Positions 30,101-45,350 of a DNA stretch of 64,000 bases are shown here, piece after piece (positions within the stretch are counted from its first letter, which is position 1; each line of letters starts with the position of its first letter). The DNA comes from the human T2T-CHM13v2.0 reference genome, Homo sapiens. A model generated the notes under the pieces. The model was not told the DNA's origin. It saw only the letters and a program-made list of their open reading frames with translations, and searched no databases. The position numbers and the translations under genes were made by a program. The stretch is taken from assembly GCF_009914755.1 (NCBI RefSeq), contig NC_060932.1; one strand, given 5' to 3'.

Positions 30101-30312
30101 GATCTGTGATATGTAAAGAATGTTACTTTCTGAAAGTCTCAGGCACCCCAAATTATCTTGGGACCTTGGGAAGAGAGGAATTGAGCCCATTCATACAGGT
30201 ATCTGCAGACACAGATAAATCTTTGACTTGGCTCCGGAAGCTTTCAAAAGTCTAATCTGAGATTTCTTAGGAAAAAAAGTTGCAGCAAAGCCAATTTTAA
30301 AAGAGCCTAACA

Positions 30313-30607
30313 GGCCGGCCGCGGTGGCTTCACGCCTGTAATACCAACACTTTGGGAGGCCAAGGCGAGCGGATCACGAGGTCAGGAGATCGAGCCCATC
30401 CTGGCTAACACGGTGAAACCCCGTCTTTACTAAAAATACAAAACAATTGGCCGGGCGAGGTGGCGGGCACCTGTAGTCAGCTACTCGGGAGGCTGAGGCA
30501 AGAGAATGGCGTGAGCCCGGGAGGCGGAGCTTGCAGTTGCCGAGATCACACCACTGCACTCCATCCTGGGCGACAGAGCGAGACTCCGTCTAAAAAAAAA
30601 AAAAAAA
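30313..30607 (+). mobile_element. AluY
   Basis: ggatcacgaggtcaggagatcgag and gagaatggcgtgagcccgggaggcggagcttgcag; CpG-rich; TSD agcctaaca on both sides. Confidence 0.93.
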
Positions 30608-30636
30608 AGCCTAACAGAGCCAATAAGTATTCTTGC

Positions 30637-30943
<307 letters not shown>

Positions 30944-33364
30944 TTATACAAATAATCAGGCCAAGTATAATAAAACTAAAACTTATTTTTGCAAATAAAT
31001 TAGTCCTGCTATGATTTATCCTTGGTAAAAATGGCAACTGAGGAGAGAAAATTATATTTCAGAAGAAAATTATAGTACACCCATTATTAGATTCTAGCCT
31101 TGTCCATCATTTCTGGGTTTTTATTATCTGCCTATGATTTGATCTGAATCCCGAATTCTTTCCTGGCTACAAGTCTCCAAACTACTGGTTTCACATTTTT
31201 CTTCCATTTTTCTGACTTGGACTCAATGAAATTGCTACTACCATTTTCTTGAGGCCCTGCAAGCTGAAGCTCATACCGTGTGATACAAACAAGAAAAACT
31301 AGTCAAATTGCCACTACCTTTTTCCAGTTTGACTGAAGATGCTTTGAGTCCAACATTTGGACACCTCAATTGTCTGCCCTCCAGATTCTAAGGAAACTGG
31401 CTTATAGATTGTAGTCAACATTAACCTTTGTTTTTATTCTGTTTGAAAGACTAACTTCAATGACACACATGCTTAATGGAACTGGCCTATTCCCAGAAAT
31501 GGGAGACTGGTTTAATGGGATCCTTTACCATTCAGCTTTTAACTCAATTTTTCTCTCCACAGCCACCAACTCAGCTTTTAGTGTGTGACACTTCTAGGGA
31601 AGTTTCAGACAGAGGAATATTGGGGCTCAGAAACTGAACAACCCAAAATATGGCATTTTGACATGCTAGACTGAAGAGGCCTCAAAGTCCCTCTGACGTT
31701 ACACACCCTCAACCATACCACTGTCTCTCCCAAAACATAGGCCATTATCTGCCTAAGATCCAGACCCTCCAAAAAGAACAGTAATTTTTTCTTCCCCTCC
31801 TCATAAGACCAAGAATGTAATCAGAACCTGTTGTGCCAGGATGTTATATACACTTCTGAACCTCAATGGGAAATTGGGGCTTCATTCTGAAGGGTCCCAT
31901 GTATATACACATTAAATAAACTTTTATGCCTTTTCTCCTATTAACAAAAATAAATAATCTAAAAACAAGAGACTATACATTCCGATCAAGCAGAATTTTT
32001 CTGAAAAAAGCAAAAGAATAGAAATATAAAAGCAAAATATAATACTGAAATTATAAACTCAATAGATATGTTAAATAGAATGGACACTGCTGAAGCAAAA
32101 ACTAGTAAACTAGGTTATATAGCAGAAGAAACTGCTCAGAGTGAAGCACTGAGGAAAAAAAATGGAAAATATGAAGAGGAAATAAAGGAGCATGGAGGGG
32201 AGAGTGAGAAGGTTTAACCTATGTCTACTCATTTCTGGAAGAAGATAAAAGAAAAGAAAAGAAATAGATGCTTAAAAATATTTGATTAATGCAAAACAAG
32301 ACAACGGAAAAGAAATTAAGGAATATAAAACAGGAGGGAAAATTTAAAGGAAGAAAGTAAGTTTACATACATAAGCCCAAATATACCAGTAATTATGTTA
32401 AATTTAAATGAATAAAATGAAATACATCAGTTACAAAAAAAGACAAATTGTTAGACAGAACTACAAAACAAAACCTAACTATATTGCTTTCAAGTAACAC
32501 AACATTAATATAAGAATATAAGACAGCTGAATGTTAAATAATGAAATAAGAAGTAAACACTAACCAAAAGAAAGCTGGTATAGTTATACTAATAGCAAAG
32601 TTGATTTTAAGGCAAGAAATACAACTAGAGATAAAGTGCTCTTTCATAGTGATAAGAAAAAACACTTCATCAGAAAGGTATACAAATTCTCAATATGAAT
32701 ACACTAAAAACATAGCTCCTAAATACATAAAGCAAAATGGAGCTAAAATGAGAAATAAACCAATAGAAACAGGAAATTGGAACAGCACAGTTAACAAAGT
32801 TAATGACATATATAGAACATAGAACTAAATGACATATAGAACACTTCATTCAATTTACTCTTTCATTCAAGACTGAAAGAGTAAAAATTATTTGTAAGGG
32901 CCCATAGAATATCTGACAATATTTGCCATACGCTGGACCATAATATAAATCTCAAATGATTGAAATCATTCAAGTATGTTCGTTGATCACAGTGGAATTA
33001 AACTAGAAGCCAACTAAAAACAAAGAACAACAACAACAAAACGCAGACACGGGCACACACCTGTAGTCTTAACTGCTCTGGAGGATGATCTGAGCCCAGG
33101 AGTTTAAATATAGCCTGGGCAACTCTCTGAGAAAAAACAAACAATAATAACCCAACAACAAATTAAAAAAAAAAAAAACAGAAAATTCTTAAAGGTATGG
33201 AAATTAAGCAATATACTTCTAAGTTACTCCAGTATCAAAGAAGGAAATAAAGCAAAGAAGAGAGACTATTATAAGAATTATGTATATTTTTAATTGAATG
33301 ATTTAAAAAATGGCATCAAAATTTATGAGATACAGTTAAAGCAGTGCTTAGAAAGAGATGTATG

Positions 33365-34236
33365 ACTTTAAATGACTATATTATTGAATCAACCTATCTT
33401 AATACTAAAAAATGCTTACCATGTAAAATATATACACATGCCATGAACATAAATATCCAAGCGCTCTGTTGATTCTTTGTTATCTGTGTTTTTCTAATAC
33501 TTTTTCATCTCCAGAGCTTCTACTCATGGTTAAGTGTTCACCTCTAGCCTGAGGAAAATTGAGTACAAATTAAACATGTCTAATCTGAAATTTTCACTAA
33601 ATTCCTTTTTAATTTTAAATATGATTGTCTAAAACATTAAATACTCATCACAGATAACTTTTGCCATTAAACGGTATAGTTCTTAACTAGAAATGTCCAT
33701 GTTTCCTATTAATCTTGATATCATGTTTGTGATTGCTAAATGTATTGTCTATGAAGAAAATGCCTTAAAAAACTTGTAACAAAAACATTTCTAATACTTT
33801 GATGTCAGAAAACACTTCAGTAAAATGGTAACACATTTTCAAAAGCCGATGGCATAAGAATACAGCCAATGAAAAGATACTTTTTTTTTTTTAAACTGTA
33901 TTTTTGACTTCAAACATTTTATTGATATTTCATTGGGTTTCAATCTTTCTATGTGTGGCTAAAAGACATCAGTGAATACGAACTAGCATTTTTGTGCTTT
34001 ATGTCTTTATTGAATAGATTCAAATATGAAGACATTGTTGGTGAAAAAACAAAAAACAAACATATAGTGGACAAGAAATAATAGTCACCACAATCATCTT
34101 ACTTTTTCAACCTAATGCATTTATGAATAATACATAAGCAATTTTTACAGTTTCAATTTAAGCTTACAATCATTTTTTATTCTACCATACTGTCAAATAC
34201 TTGTGAAAATAAATAAAAATACAATAAAAAAAAAAA
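33365..34236 (+). pseudogene. Orphan poly(A) retro-insertion (candidate 3'UTR retrocopy or orphan 3' transduction)
   Basis: Sequence I do not recognise as a repeat, ending AATAAA...poly(A), flanked by agaaagagatgtatg at 33350-33364 and 34237-34251. Confidence 0.7.
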
Positions 34237-34472
34237 AGAAAGAGATGTATGGCTTCAAATGCATATATTAGAAAAGAAAAAAGGCTGAAAAATCAATAAT
34301 CCAAGTGTCCACCTTAAAAAGTTATAAAGACAACAAATTAAATGTAAACAAAGCAGATAAAAAGAAAATTATAGATAAGAGCAGAAACTATTGAAGGAAA
34401 AAAACATAAATAGGAAGAAAAACAACAATAGCAAAAACTCTGAAAAGGACAATGAAACTAAATTTTCTACAG

Positions 34473-34788
34473 CAGGGATTGGCAAGCAACAGCTTATGGG
34501 CCAAATCCAACTCAATACCTGTTTCAAACACTTGTTTTTTTATGGTTCACGAATCAAGAATGGTTTTTACATTTTTCGGTGTTTTGGGGAGGAAATCAGA
34601 AGGAAAATATATTGTAGCACATGAAATTCAAATTTCTGTATCCATAATGTAGTTTTATTGGAACTCATGCTTATTTGTCTACATATTGTCTATGGCTGTT
34701 TACATGACACAATAGCAGAGTGGTCACAACAGAGACTGTAATGTCTAAAATATTTTCTATCTGGCTCTTTATAGTTTTTTGACCCCTG
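34473..34788. mobile_element. MER58B hAT DNA transposon
   Basis: cagggattggcaa...gggccaaatcc...gttttattggaac...atattgtctatggctg...tgacccctg. Confidence 0.8.
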
Positions 34789-35382
34789 ACATATACCAGT
34801 GCATGAGTACATATACTTAAAAACAACCTGCTGATTAATAACTTGAAAAATAAATAAACAACCAATCAGTTTACAGACTTTGAACTTCACTGTATCAGTT
34901 AGGGTTATAGTCCACAGCACTTAAAATATTAACTGTAAAGGACCACCTTTATAGAAAAAGCTTGACAGCCCCTGTTCTGTGGTATCAAGGCAAAAAGAGA
35001 AAGAAAAAGAGAGATTGAGACAGAGACAGAGAGACAAAAACATTCCAAGACAGAAAGAATGAGAAAGCATAAATTACTAATACTAGGAATGAAAAAGAGG
35101 AATATCACTACAAATCTTATATCATGAACAGCTTCATGATAATAAATCAAAACTTTAGAAAAAATGGACAGATTTCTAGATAAATATCTTCTCAAACTTA
35201 TCAAGAAGAAACAGAAAATGTCACCAAGATGAAAAACCACATCCATTACAGAAAGTAAACTTGTAAGTAAAAACTTTCCAGAAAAAAAAAAAAACACTCC
35301 AAGGGTAGATTGCCTCACTGGTAAATTCTTCTGTTTGTTTATGGGAAAAAATCAGTGATAGAGAAAATCTTCCAAATTATAG

Positions 35383-35845
35383 TAAGGGAGGAGACCACCT
35401 CTCATATTTTCTTATGCCAAATTTCTGCCTCCAAAGAAAGAAGAAGTAAAAACTAAAAGGTAGAAATGAAATCCACAAGCAGACAGCTCGGCACCACACC
35501 CTGGGCCTGGTAGTTAAAGATCGACCCCTGACCTAATTGGTTATGTTATCTATAGATTACAGACATTGTATAGAAAAGCACTGTGAAAATCCCTGTCCTG
35601 TTCTGTTCCGTTCTAATTACCGGTGCATGCAGCCCCCAGTCATGTACCCCCTGCTTGCTCAATGGATCACAACCCCCTCATGTGGACCCCCTTAGAGTTG
35701 CGAGCCCTTAAAAGGGACAGGAATTGCTTACTCAGGGAGCTCGGTTGCTGGAGACGTGAGTCTTGTGGAAGCTCCCGGCCGAATAAAGCCCTTCCTTCTT
35801 TAACTCCTTGTCTGAGGAATTTTGTCTGCAGCTTGTCCTGCTACA
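35383..35845 (+). repeat. LTR2, 5' LTR
   Basis: taagggaggagaccac...aataaagccc...tgctaca; followed by PBS-like gttctctgactgggaa. Confidence 0.92.
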
Positions 35846-36392
35846 TTTCTTCGTTCTCTGACTGGGAAGTGAGGTGATTAATGGACGGCCGAGGCAGCCC
35901 CTTAGGCGGCTTAGGCCTGCCCTGTGGAACATCCCTGTGGGGGACTCCAGCCAGCTTGAGCTACATGGATCCTGAAAGCCCTCCCGGGTAGGCAATTGCC
36001 CTGGTGGAACGCCTCGCCAGAGCAGCGCGTGGCAGGCCCTTGTGGAGGATCAACACCATGGCTGAACACCGGGAAGGAAATGGCCCTTGGAGTCCGGACA
36101 TCTGAAACTTGGTAAGACTAGTCTTTGGAACTTGCCCACTCCATTTAAGTGGAAGCGTGGCCTGATCACCTACGGCATGCCCATACCACCACTTGGGTTT
36201 TTGTGTTTGACTTGACTTGGATTGCTTGATACTTTAGTTTTGGTTTTGACCTGGCTTGGATTTCTTGATACTCTGATTTTGGTTTGATTCTGGTTTGGTG
36301 TAAACTGTAAAAGTGTGTGTGTGCCCTTTTTACACATTCTTTGTTTTGTGGTGTGTGTGTGGTGTGAGCATGGTGTTCTGTCTTGAAGAAGC

Positions 36393-36635
36393 ATGGGTCA
36401 GGCACAAAGTAAGCCCACCCCACTAGGAACTATGTTAAAAAATGTCAAGAAAGGATTTCAGGGAGACTATGCAGTACTGTGACACCAGGAAAACTTAAAA
36501 CTTTGTGTAAGATAGACTGGCTGGCATTAGAGGTGGGTTGGCCATCAGAAGGAAGCCTGGACAGGTCCCTTGTTTCAAAAGTATGGCACAAGGTAACCTG
36601 TAAGCCAAGGCACCCAAACCAGTTCCTGTACATAG
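36393..36635 (+). pseudogene. ERV gag matrix remnant
   Basis: ATG GGT CAG GCA CAA AGT AAG CCC ACC (MGQAQSKPTPLGTMLKN...); after a frameshift KTLCKIDWLALEVGWPSEGSLDR; truncated. Confidence 0.75.
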
Positions 36636-37082
36636 AAAATCAATGAGAGAAAGAAAAAATGAAAGAGAGAGATATACAAGTAGTTTAAAAAAAAACAACA
36701 ACAGCGTACCCTATTCCTTTAAAAGCCAAGGTAAATTTAAAACCTATAATTGATAATTGAAGGTATTCTCCATAACCCTATAACACTCCAATACCACTAT
36801 GTTGTCAGTGTAAACAAGGGCATATCCCAAAAGCACTGAGGCCTTCCTATCAAATATCCTCAACCCAGTAATCCGTAGATGGCCCAAATGCATTCAATCT
36901 GTAGAGGCAACTGCTTTGCTAACAGAAAAAAGTAAAAAAATAACTTTTAGAGGAAACCTCATTGTGAGCACACCTTACCAGTTCAGAAGTATCCTAAAGA
37001 AAAAAAAAAAAAGTATGATTTAACATTAACCACTGAAAATTCCCTTAACCCAGCAGGTTTCCTAACAGGGGATCTAAATCTT

Positions 37083-39175
<2,093 letters not shown>

Positions 39176-40309
39176 TAACTACCATACAAAGGTCTGACCA
39201 GACCTAGGAGGAACTCCCTTCAGGACAGGATGATCGATGGTTCCTCCCAGGTAATTGAAGGGGAAAAAAAGGCCATCTATACCAATTCTAAGTTAATTTA
39301 GACAAAACAAGGTCTTATTAATAGCAAAGGATAATTAAAATCCCAAACTTACAAGGTTTTCAACAAAAGTAAAGTTTGCTAAAAAGTAACAGTGTAACAT
39401 GTATTATACTAACTTCTAATCTTGTGGCCTTAGACGGTCTAGTCCACAGACATAAAAGAAGTTCACTTTGAAAAAGAATGGTTATCATCTTCAGAAGAAA
39501 AAAAGGGAAAAAAAGGGCAGGGCAGAATTTATGTAAAAAGAGTGTTATATGATAAATTCTTGTCCTGAAATAAATTAACTGGTAGTTTAAAGAAAGAAAT
39601 GTTTGTAATAAGTCATAAAGTAGAGACATGTCGAAGAATTGTCTGAGAAAGTCATGAAAGAGAAAAATGTTATAAAAAAAATTTATGCAAGAAATGTTGT
39701 ATAATTTAAAAGTAACTAGGCCTCCTAACTGTGAAACTACTGGGGGAAAAAAAAACAGTTTATGTGCAAGGTATATAAGGAAAGTAAAATACACCTTTGG
39801 TAAAAGGATTATAAGGAGGCATAAAAATGTAAATTTTTACCTACATTAAGAGGTTAAAAAAATTGTTTTGAAGGTTTAAGCAAGTTTTAAAACGTTAATT
39901 ATAAAAAAAATTCTGTGTGTAAACATATTAGCTAAAGTTAAAAAGGTATCATCCAGTTTTTCTGTGAACTGGACATTAAAGTAAAAACACAATGGGTTTT
40001 TCTTAAAGCACTAACCTGATCTTTAACAAAGATTATAAAAGGTTTAAAAGAGTTTATAAAAATCTTACGTTATGGTCCAACATTAAAAATTGAATAAACA
40101 TGTATACAAAGTTTTACTAAAACTAAGTTTAACATTAATAGCACAGTAATAGAAAGGTGAAATTTAGCTTATCTGGTATAAAAATCATACAAGAAGCATT
40201 ATTAAATATAAAATGGTGTTTGGCTTTCTTTGGTCGAAAAACTAATAAAAATAGGTGCTAAAGAAAATTTCTCAGTAAAAAGGCACCAAAGACTATAAAG
40301 TCCACTGTT

Positions 40310-40610
40310 GGCCAGGCACCGTGGCTCAAACCTGTAATCCCAGAACTTTGGGAAGCTGAGGTGGGTGGATCACAAGGTCAAGAGATCAAGACCATCCTGG
40401 CCAACATGGTGAAATCCTGTCTCTGCTAAAAATACAGAAATTATCTAGGTGTGGTGGTGCATGCCTGTAGTCCCAGCTACTCGGGCGGCTAAGGCAGGAA
40501 AATCACTTCAGCCCGGGAGGCAGAGGGTGCAATGAGCCAAGATCGCGTCACTGCACTCCAGCCTGGTGACACAGTGAGACTCCATCTCAAAAAAAATTAA
40601 TTTAAAAAAA
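40310..40610 (+). mobile_element. Alu (AluSc-like) inside provirus
   Basis: ggatcacaaggtcaagagatcaagaccatcc; TSD ataaagtccactgtt at 40295-40309 and 40611-40625. Confidence 0.93.
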
Positions 40611-40734
40611 ATAAAGTCCACTGTTGAAGTCCCCACATTTAAAACAAAAAGTCAATTCCTTAGAAATTATATACTTGGTTTATCTTCCACTTTCTGTTCC
40701 CTCAAAACTAAAAGTCTTTTAGCACAGGTACCAC

Positions 40735-42165
40735 CCCTAGAATTTCCAGTAAACCAGCACCAGCCTGAAGATCACCTTCTTATCAAAGGGTGGAAAGAAG
40801 AAAAACTCGAGCCAGCCTGGGAAGAACCCTACCTTGTGCTGCTAACCACTGAGACTGCTATTCGTACAGCAGAAAAGGGATGGACTCATCACATCCAAGT
40901 CAAAGTGCCACCCCCTCCAGAGTCATGGGCCACAGTCCCAGAGGAAAACCCTACCAAACTAAAGCTAAGAAAAATTTAACTCTTTCATCTATTCTATTAC
41001 TCTTTCTTCTTTCCTCGCTCTATTGCTGACCGTCTGGTTATTAACATAACCAAGTCAATTTCACCTCAAACTATTGCATTTAATGCTTGCCTTGTTATAT
41101 GCTGTAGGGACTTGCCAAGTCAAAGACAGCTCTCTATTTCAAAAAAGTACCTCTGTCTCTCCTGACTCTCCTCAGACTGGGCATTAGTAAATTAGAACCA
41201 TTTAATCTGAGGAAATTTCGGTAAAGACTCCAGTGTCAACCAGGAGTCTTACCCCCCAATGTAGAGCTTTTATGCCGTAGTTAGTCCAACATTCTGTGGA
41301 CCACTAAAGAGCAAGGATGGACTGCCCCAACAGGTTTTTGTAATTTCCTAAAATCATACATTCATTTTACTAGAGGATCATAGAAGTTAAGGACTTAAAA
41401 CAAACTTTGGCAATTAAGACAGCATACCAAGATGCAAATGCCTGGTTGGAATGGGTCAAATATTCCATCCGCATGTTAAACAAAAGCAATAGTTATGCTT
41501 ATGCACATGGCAGGCCAGAGGACCAGATTGTCCCCTTTCCACTAAGGTGATCCTCCAGTCGACCAGGTGTGGGCTGCATGGTAGCTGTTTTCCAGGATTC
41601 TATGGCCTGGAGTAATAAGTCGTGCCAAGTTCTCTCTGCTATATCCCAAAGTCCAGCACCCTGCGAGTCCGCACCCGAGGGCCATCCAGCCTCCATCTCC
41701 CAACACTAAGTTCACTTCATGTCTCTCATGACAAGGAGGAAACTTAGCATTCCTTGGAGACCTGAAAGGATGCAGTGAGCTTAAAAATTTTCAAGAGCTT
41801 ATCAACCAGTCAGCCTTTGTTCATCCCTGAGCTGCTGTATGGTGGTGTTGTGGTGGACCTTTACTAGGCACTCTGCCAAATAACTGGAGTGTCACTTGTA
41901 CTTTAGTCCAATTGGCTATCCCTTTCACCCTGGCATTTCATCAACCAGAAGGAGGAAAAATAAGACATCGTAAAACGAGAGAAGCCCCTTATAGGTCTTT
42001 CGACTCTCACGTGCATTTAGACACAATTAGAGTCCCACGGGGAATACCAGATCAGTTTAAAGCTTGAAATCAAATAGCTGCAGGATTTGAGTCAATATTT
42101 TGGTAGGTGACAGTTAATAAAAATATAAACTGGATAAACCACATCTATTACAACCAACAGCAATA
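40735..42165 (+). pseudogene. Integrase C-terminal remnant plus first env remnant
   Basis: LEPAWEEPYLVLLTTETAIRTAEKGWTH integrase tail; env-like WWCCGGPLLGTLPNNWSVTCTLVQL and NQIAAGFES; multiple stops. Confidence 0.65.
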
Positions 42166-42169
42166 AGCT

Positions 42170-42720
42170 TTTCATGAGTTAAAAGAAAAACTCATGTCGG
42201 CCCCAGCCCTGGGGCTACCTGACCTGACAAAACCCTTTATAGCCTATGTGTCAAAAAGAGAAAAAATGGCAGTTAGAGTTTTAACCCAGACTGTGGGGCC
42301 CTGGCCAAGGCAACTGGCCTATCTCTCAAAACAACTAGATGGGGTTTCCAAAGGTTGGCCCTCATGTCTAAGGGCCTCGGCAGCAACCGACCCTGTTTGC
42401 ACAAGAAGCAGATAAACTAACCCTTAGGCAAAACCTGAATATAAAGGCCCCCCTATGCTGTGGTAACTTTAATGACTACCAAAGGACATCATTGGTTAAC
42501 AAATGCTAGATTAGCCAAGTACCAAAGCTTGCTATGTGAAAATCCCCGCATAACTATTGAAGTTTGCAACACCCTAAGCCCCGCCACCTTGTTCCTGGTA
42601 TCAGAGAGCCCAGTTGAACATAACTGTGTAGAGGTGTTGGACTCAGTTTATTCCAGCAGGCCCAACGTCTGAAACCGTCCATGAACTTCAGTAGACTGTG
42701 AGCAGTACGTGGACGGGAGC
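42170..42720 (+). pseudogene. ERV pol RT-connection/RNase H remnant
   Basis: MSAPALGLPDLTKPF..., AYLSKQLDGVSKGWPSCLRA, HHWLTNARLAKYQSLLCENP; frameshifted. Confidence 0.85.
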
Positions 42721-42799
42721 AGCTTTGCCAACCACTCCAAAGTGACTCCAAAGAAGACGACAAGCCCTGCTCCAGTCACGCCCAGAAGCTGACTGGTCG

Positions 42800-44870
42800 A
42801 CGCATGGCCAAAGCATGAGAAAACTCATCGCAGGACTCATTTTCCTTATAATTTGGACTTGTACAGTAAGGACTTTAACTGACCTTCCTCAGACTGAGGA
42901 CTGTTCCCAGTGTATACATCAAGTCACTGAGGTAGGACAAAAAGTTGCTACAGTCCTATTATTTTATGATTATTATAAGTGTACCAGACTCTAAAAAAAA
43001 ACTTGTTTGTATAATACATACCTATGCAAGGTGTGTAGCCCAGGAAATGACCAACCTGATGTGTGTTATGACCCATCTGAGCCTCCCATGACCACAGTTT
43101 TTGAAATAAGATTAAAGACTAAGGACTGGTGAGGGCTCATAAATGATATGAGTAAAGTGTTGGCTACAACAAAAGAAAAAGAGGTGCCCAAACAAGTCAC
43201 CTTGAAGTTTGATGCCTGTGCTGTCATTAATAGTAACAAGTTAAAAATAGGATATGGTTCTCTTAATCAAGAAAAAGGCTATATGGCAAAAAATAAGTAC
43301 ATTTGTCATAAATTAAGACTATGATAAATGTAGATACTGGTCTTGTGTCACTTAGGCTACTTAGATAAAAAATAAAAAACATCCTGTCCACCTTCAGAAA
43401 GGGAAAAGTGGCCCTTCCCGTACCAGTGGTCAGTGTAACCCCTTAGAACTAGTAATAAACAACCCCCTTGATCCTCGCTGGAAAAAAGGAGAGCATGTAA
43501 CCCTAGGAATCAATAAGGCTAGACTGGATCCTCGAGTAAATATCATAGTTTGAGGAGACATTTATAAATGCTCTCCTGAGCCAGTATTTCAAACCTTCTA
43601 TGATAAACTGAATGTGCCAGTACCAGAAATTCCAGGAAAAAGAAGAAATTTGTTTTTGCAATTAGTTGAGCATGTAGCCCAGTCTCTCAATGTCACTTCA
43701 CGTTAAGTATGTAGAACTATAATAAGAGATCAATGGCCATGGGAAGCTCGAGAATTAGTACCTACATACCCAATTCCTGATGAATTCCCAGCTCAAAAAA
43801 ATCACCCTGATAATTTCTAGGTCCTAAAAGCCTCAATCATTAGACAATACTGTATAGCAAGATTGGGGAAGGACTTCACGCTTCCTGTAGGACGACTTAG
43901 CTGCCTTAGGCAAAAACTGTATAATAATACTACAAAAACAGCCACCTAGTGGAGTTCAAACCACACTAAGAAAAATCCGTTTAGTAAATTCCCAAAGTTG
44001 CAAACTGTGTGAACCCACCCGGAGTCCCACCGGAACTGGACAGCCCCCACTGGATTATACTGGATATGTGGGCATAGAGCTTGCACCAAATTACCCGACC
44101 AGTGGGCAGGTAGTTGTGTTATTGGCACTATTAAACCATCTTTCTTCTTACTGCCCATAAAGACAGGCAAACTCCTAGGCTTCCCTGTCTGTGCTTCCTG
44201 TAAAAAGAGAAACATAGCTATAAAAAATTAAAACCATAATAAATGGCCCCCTGAGAGAATCATACAATATTATAGGCCTGGTACTTAGGCACAAGATGGC
44301 TCGTGGGGATACCCAACCCCCATTTACATGCTCAACTGAATCATACGATTACAAGCTGTCTTAGAAATAATCAATAATAAGACTAGCAGAGCCTTGACTA
44401 TTCAGGCCTGGCAAGAAACTCAGATGAGAAATGCTATCTATCAAAATAGATTGGCTCTCAACTACTTGCTAGCAGCTGAAGGAGAGGTCTGTAGAAAATT
44501 TAACCTTACTAATTGCTGTCTACACATAGATGATCAAGGCCAAGTAGTTAAAGACATAGTTAGAAATATGACAAAACTGGCACGTTTGCCCGTGTAAGTG
44601 TGGCATGGATTTGATCCTGAGACCATGTTTAGAAAATGGTGCCCAGCGCTAAAAAATTTAAAACTCTTATACTAGGAGTTATAACAGTAATAGAAACCTG
44701 CTCACTGCTCCCTAGTTTGCTTCCTGTACTTCTTCAAATGATAAAAAGCTTCATTGCTACCTTAGTTCACCAAAATGCTTCAGCACAAGTGTACTATATG
44801 AATCACTATTGATCTGTCTTGCAAGAAGACATAGGTAGCAAAAATGAAAGTGAGAACTCCCACTATTGAG
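42800..44870 (+). pseudogene. HERV-E-like env remnant (SU/TM)
   Basis: [28 protein letters not shown] immunosuppressive domain plus CXnCC motif; many stops. Confidence 0.85.
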
Positions 44871-44888
44871 AGTCTCAAAGGGGGGGAA

Positions 44889-45350
44889 TAAGGGAGGAGA
44901 CCACCCCTCATATTGTCTTATGCCCAATTTCTGCCTCCAAAGAAAGAAGAAGTAAAAACTAAAAGGCAGAAATGAAATCCACAAGCAGACAGCCCGGCAC
45001 CACACCCTGGGCCTGGTAGTTAAAGATCAACCCCTGACCTAAGTGGTTATGTTATCTATAGATTACAGACATTGTATAGAAAAGTACTGTGAAAATCCCT
45101 GACCTGTTCTGTTCTGTTCTAATTACCAGTGCATGCAGCTCCCAGTCACCTACCCCCTGCTTGCTCAATCAATCACAACCCTCTCATGTGGACCCCCTTA
45201 GGGTTATGAGCCCTTAAAAAGGACAAGAATTGCTCACTCAAGGAGCTCGACTGTTGGAGAAGCAAGTCTTGCTGAAGCTCCCGGCCAAATAAAGCCCTTC
45301 CTTCTTTAACTCGATGTCTGAGGAGTTTTCTCTGCAGCTTGTCTGCTACA
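44889..45350 (+). repeat. LTR2, 3' LTR
   Basis: Direct repeat of 35383-35845 (about 38 differences by manual alignment). Confidence 0.92.

Larger units (their letters stand above)
31961..35378 (+). mobile_element. Degraded old L1 (ORF1 and ORF2 N-terminal remnants), interrupted
   Basis: A-rich L1 remnants: aactcaatagatatgttaaatagaa, aaacactaaccaaaagaaagctggt, gatcacagtggaattaaactagaa, ggacagatttctaga. Confidence 0.7.

Noticed and set aside
42800-44870. Intact or domesticated env (syncytin-like)
   Set aside because: Numerous stops and frameshifts; the longest plus-strand ORF reported here is 67 aa.
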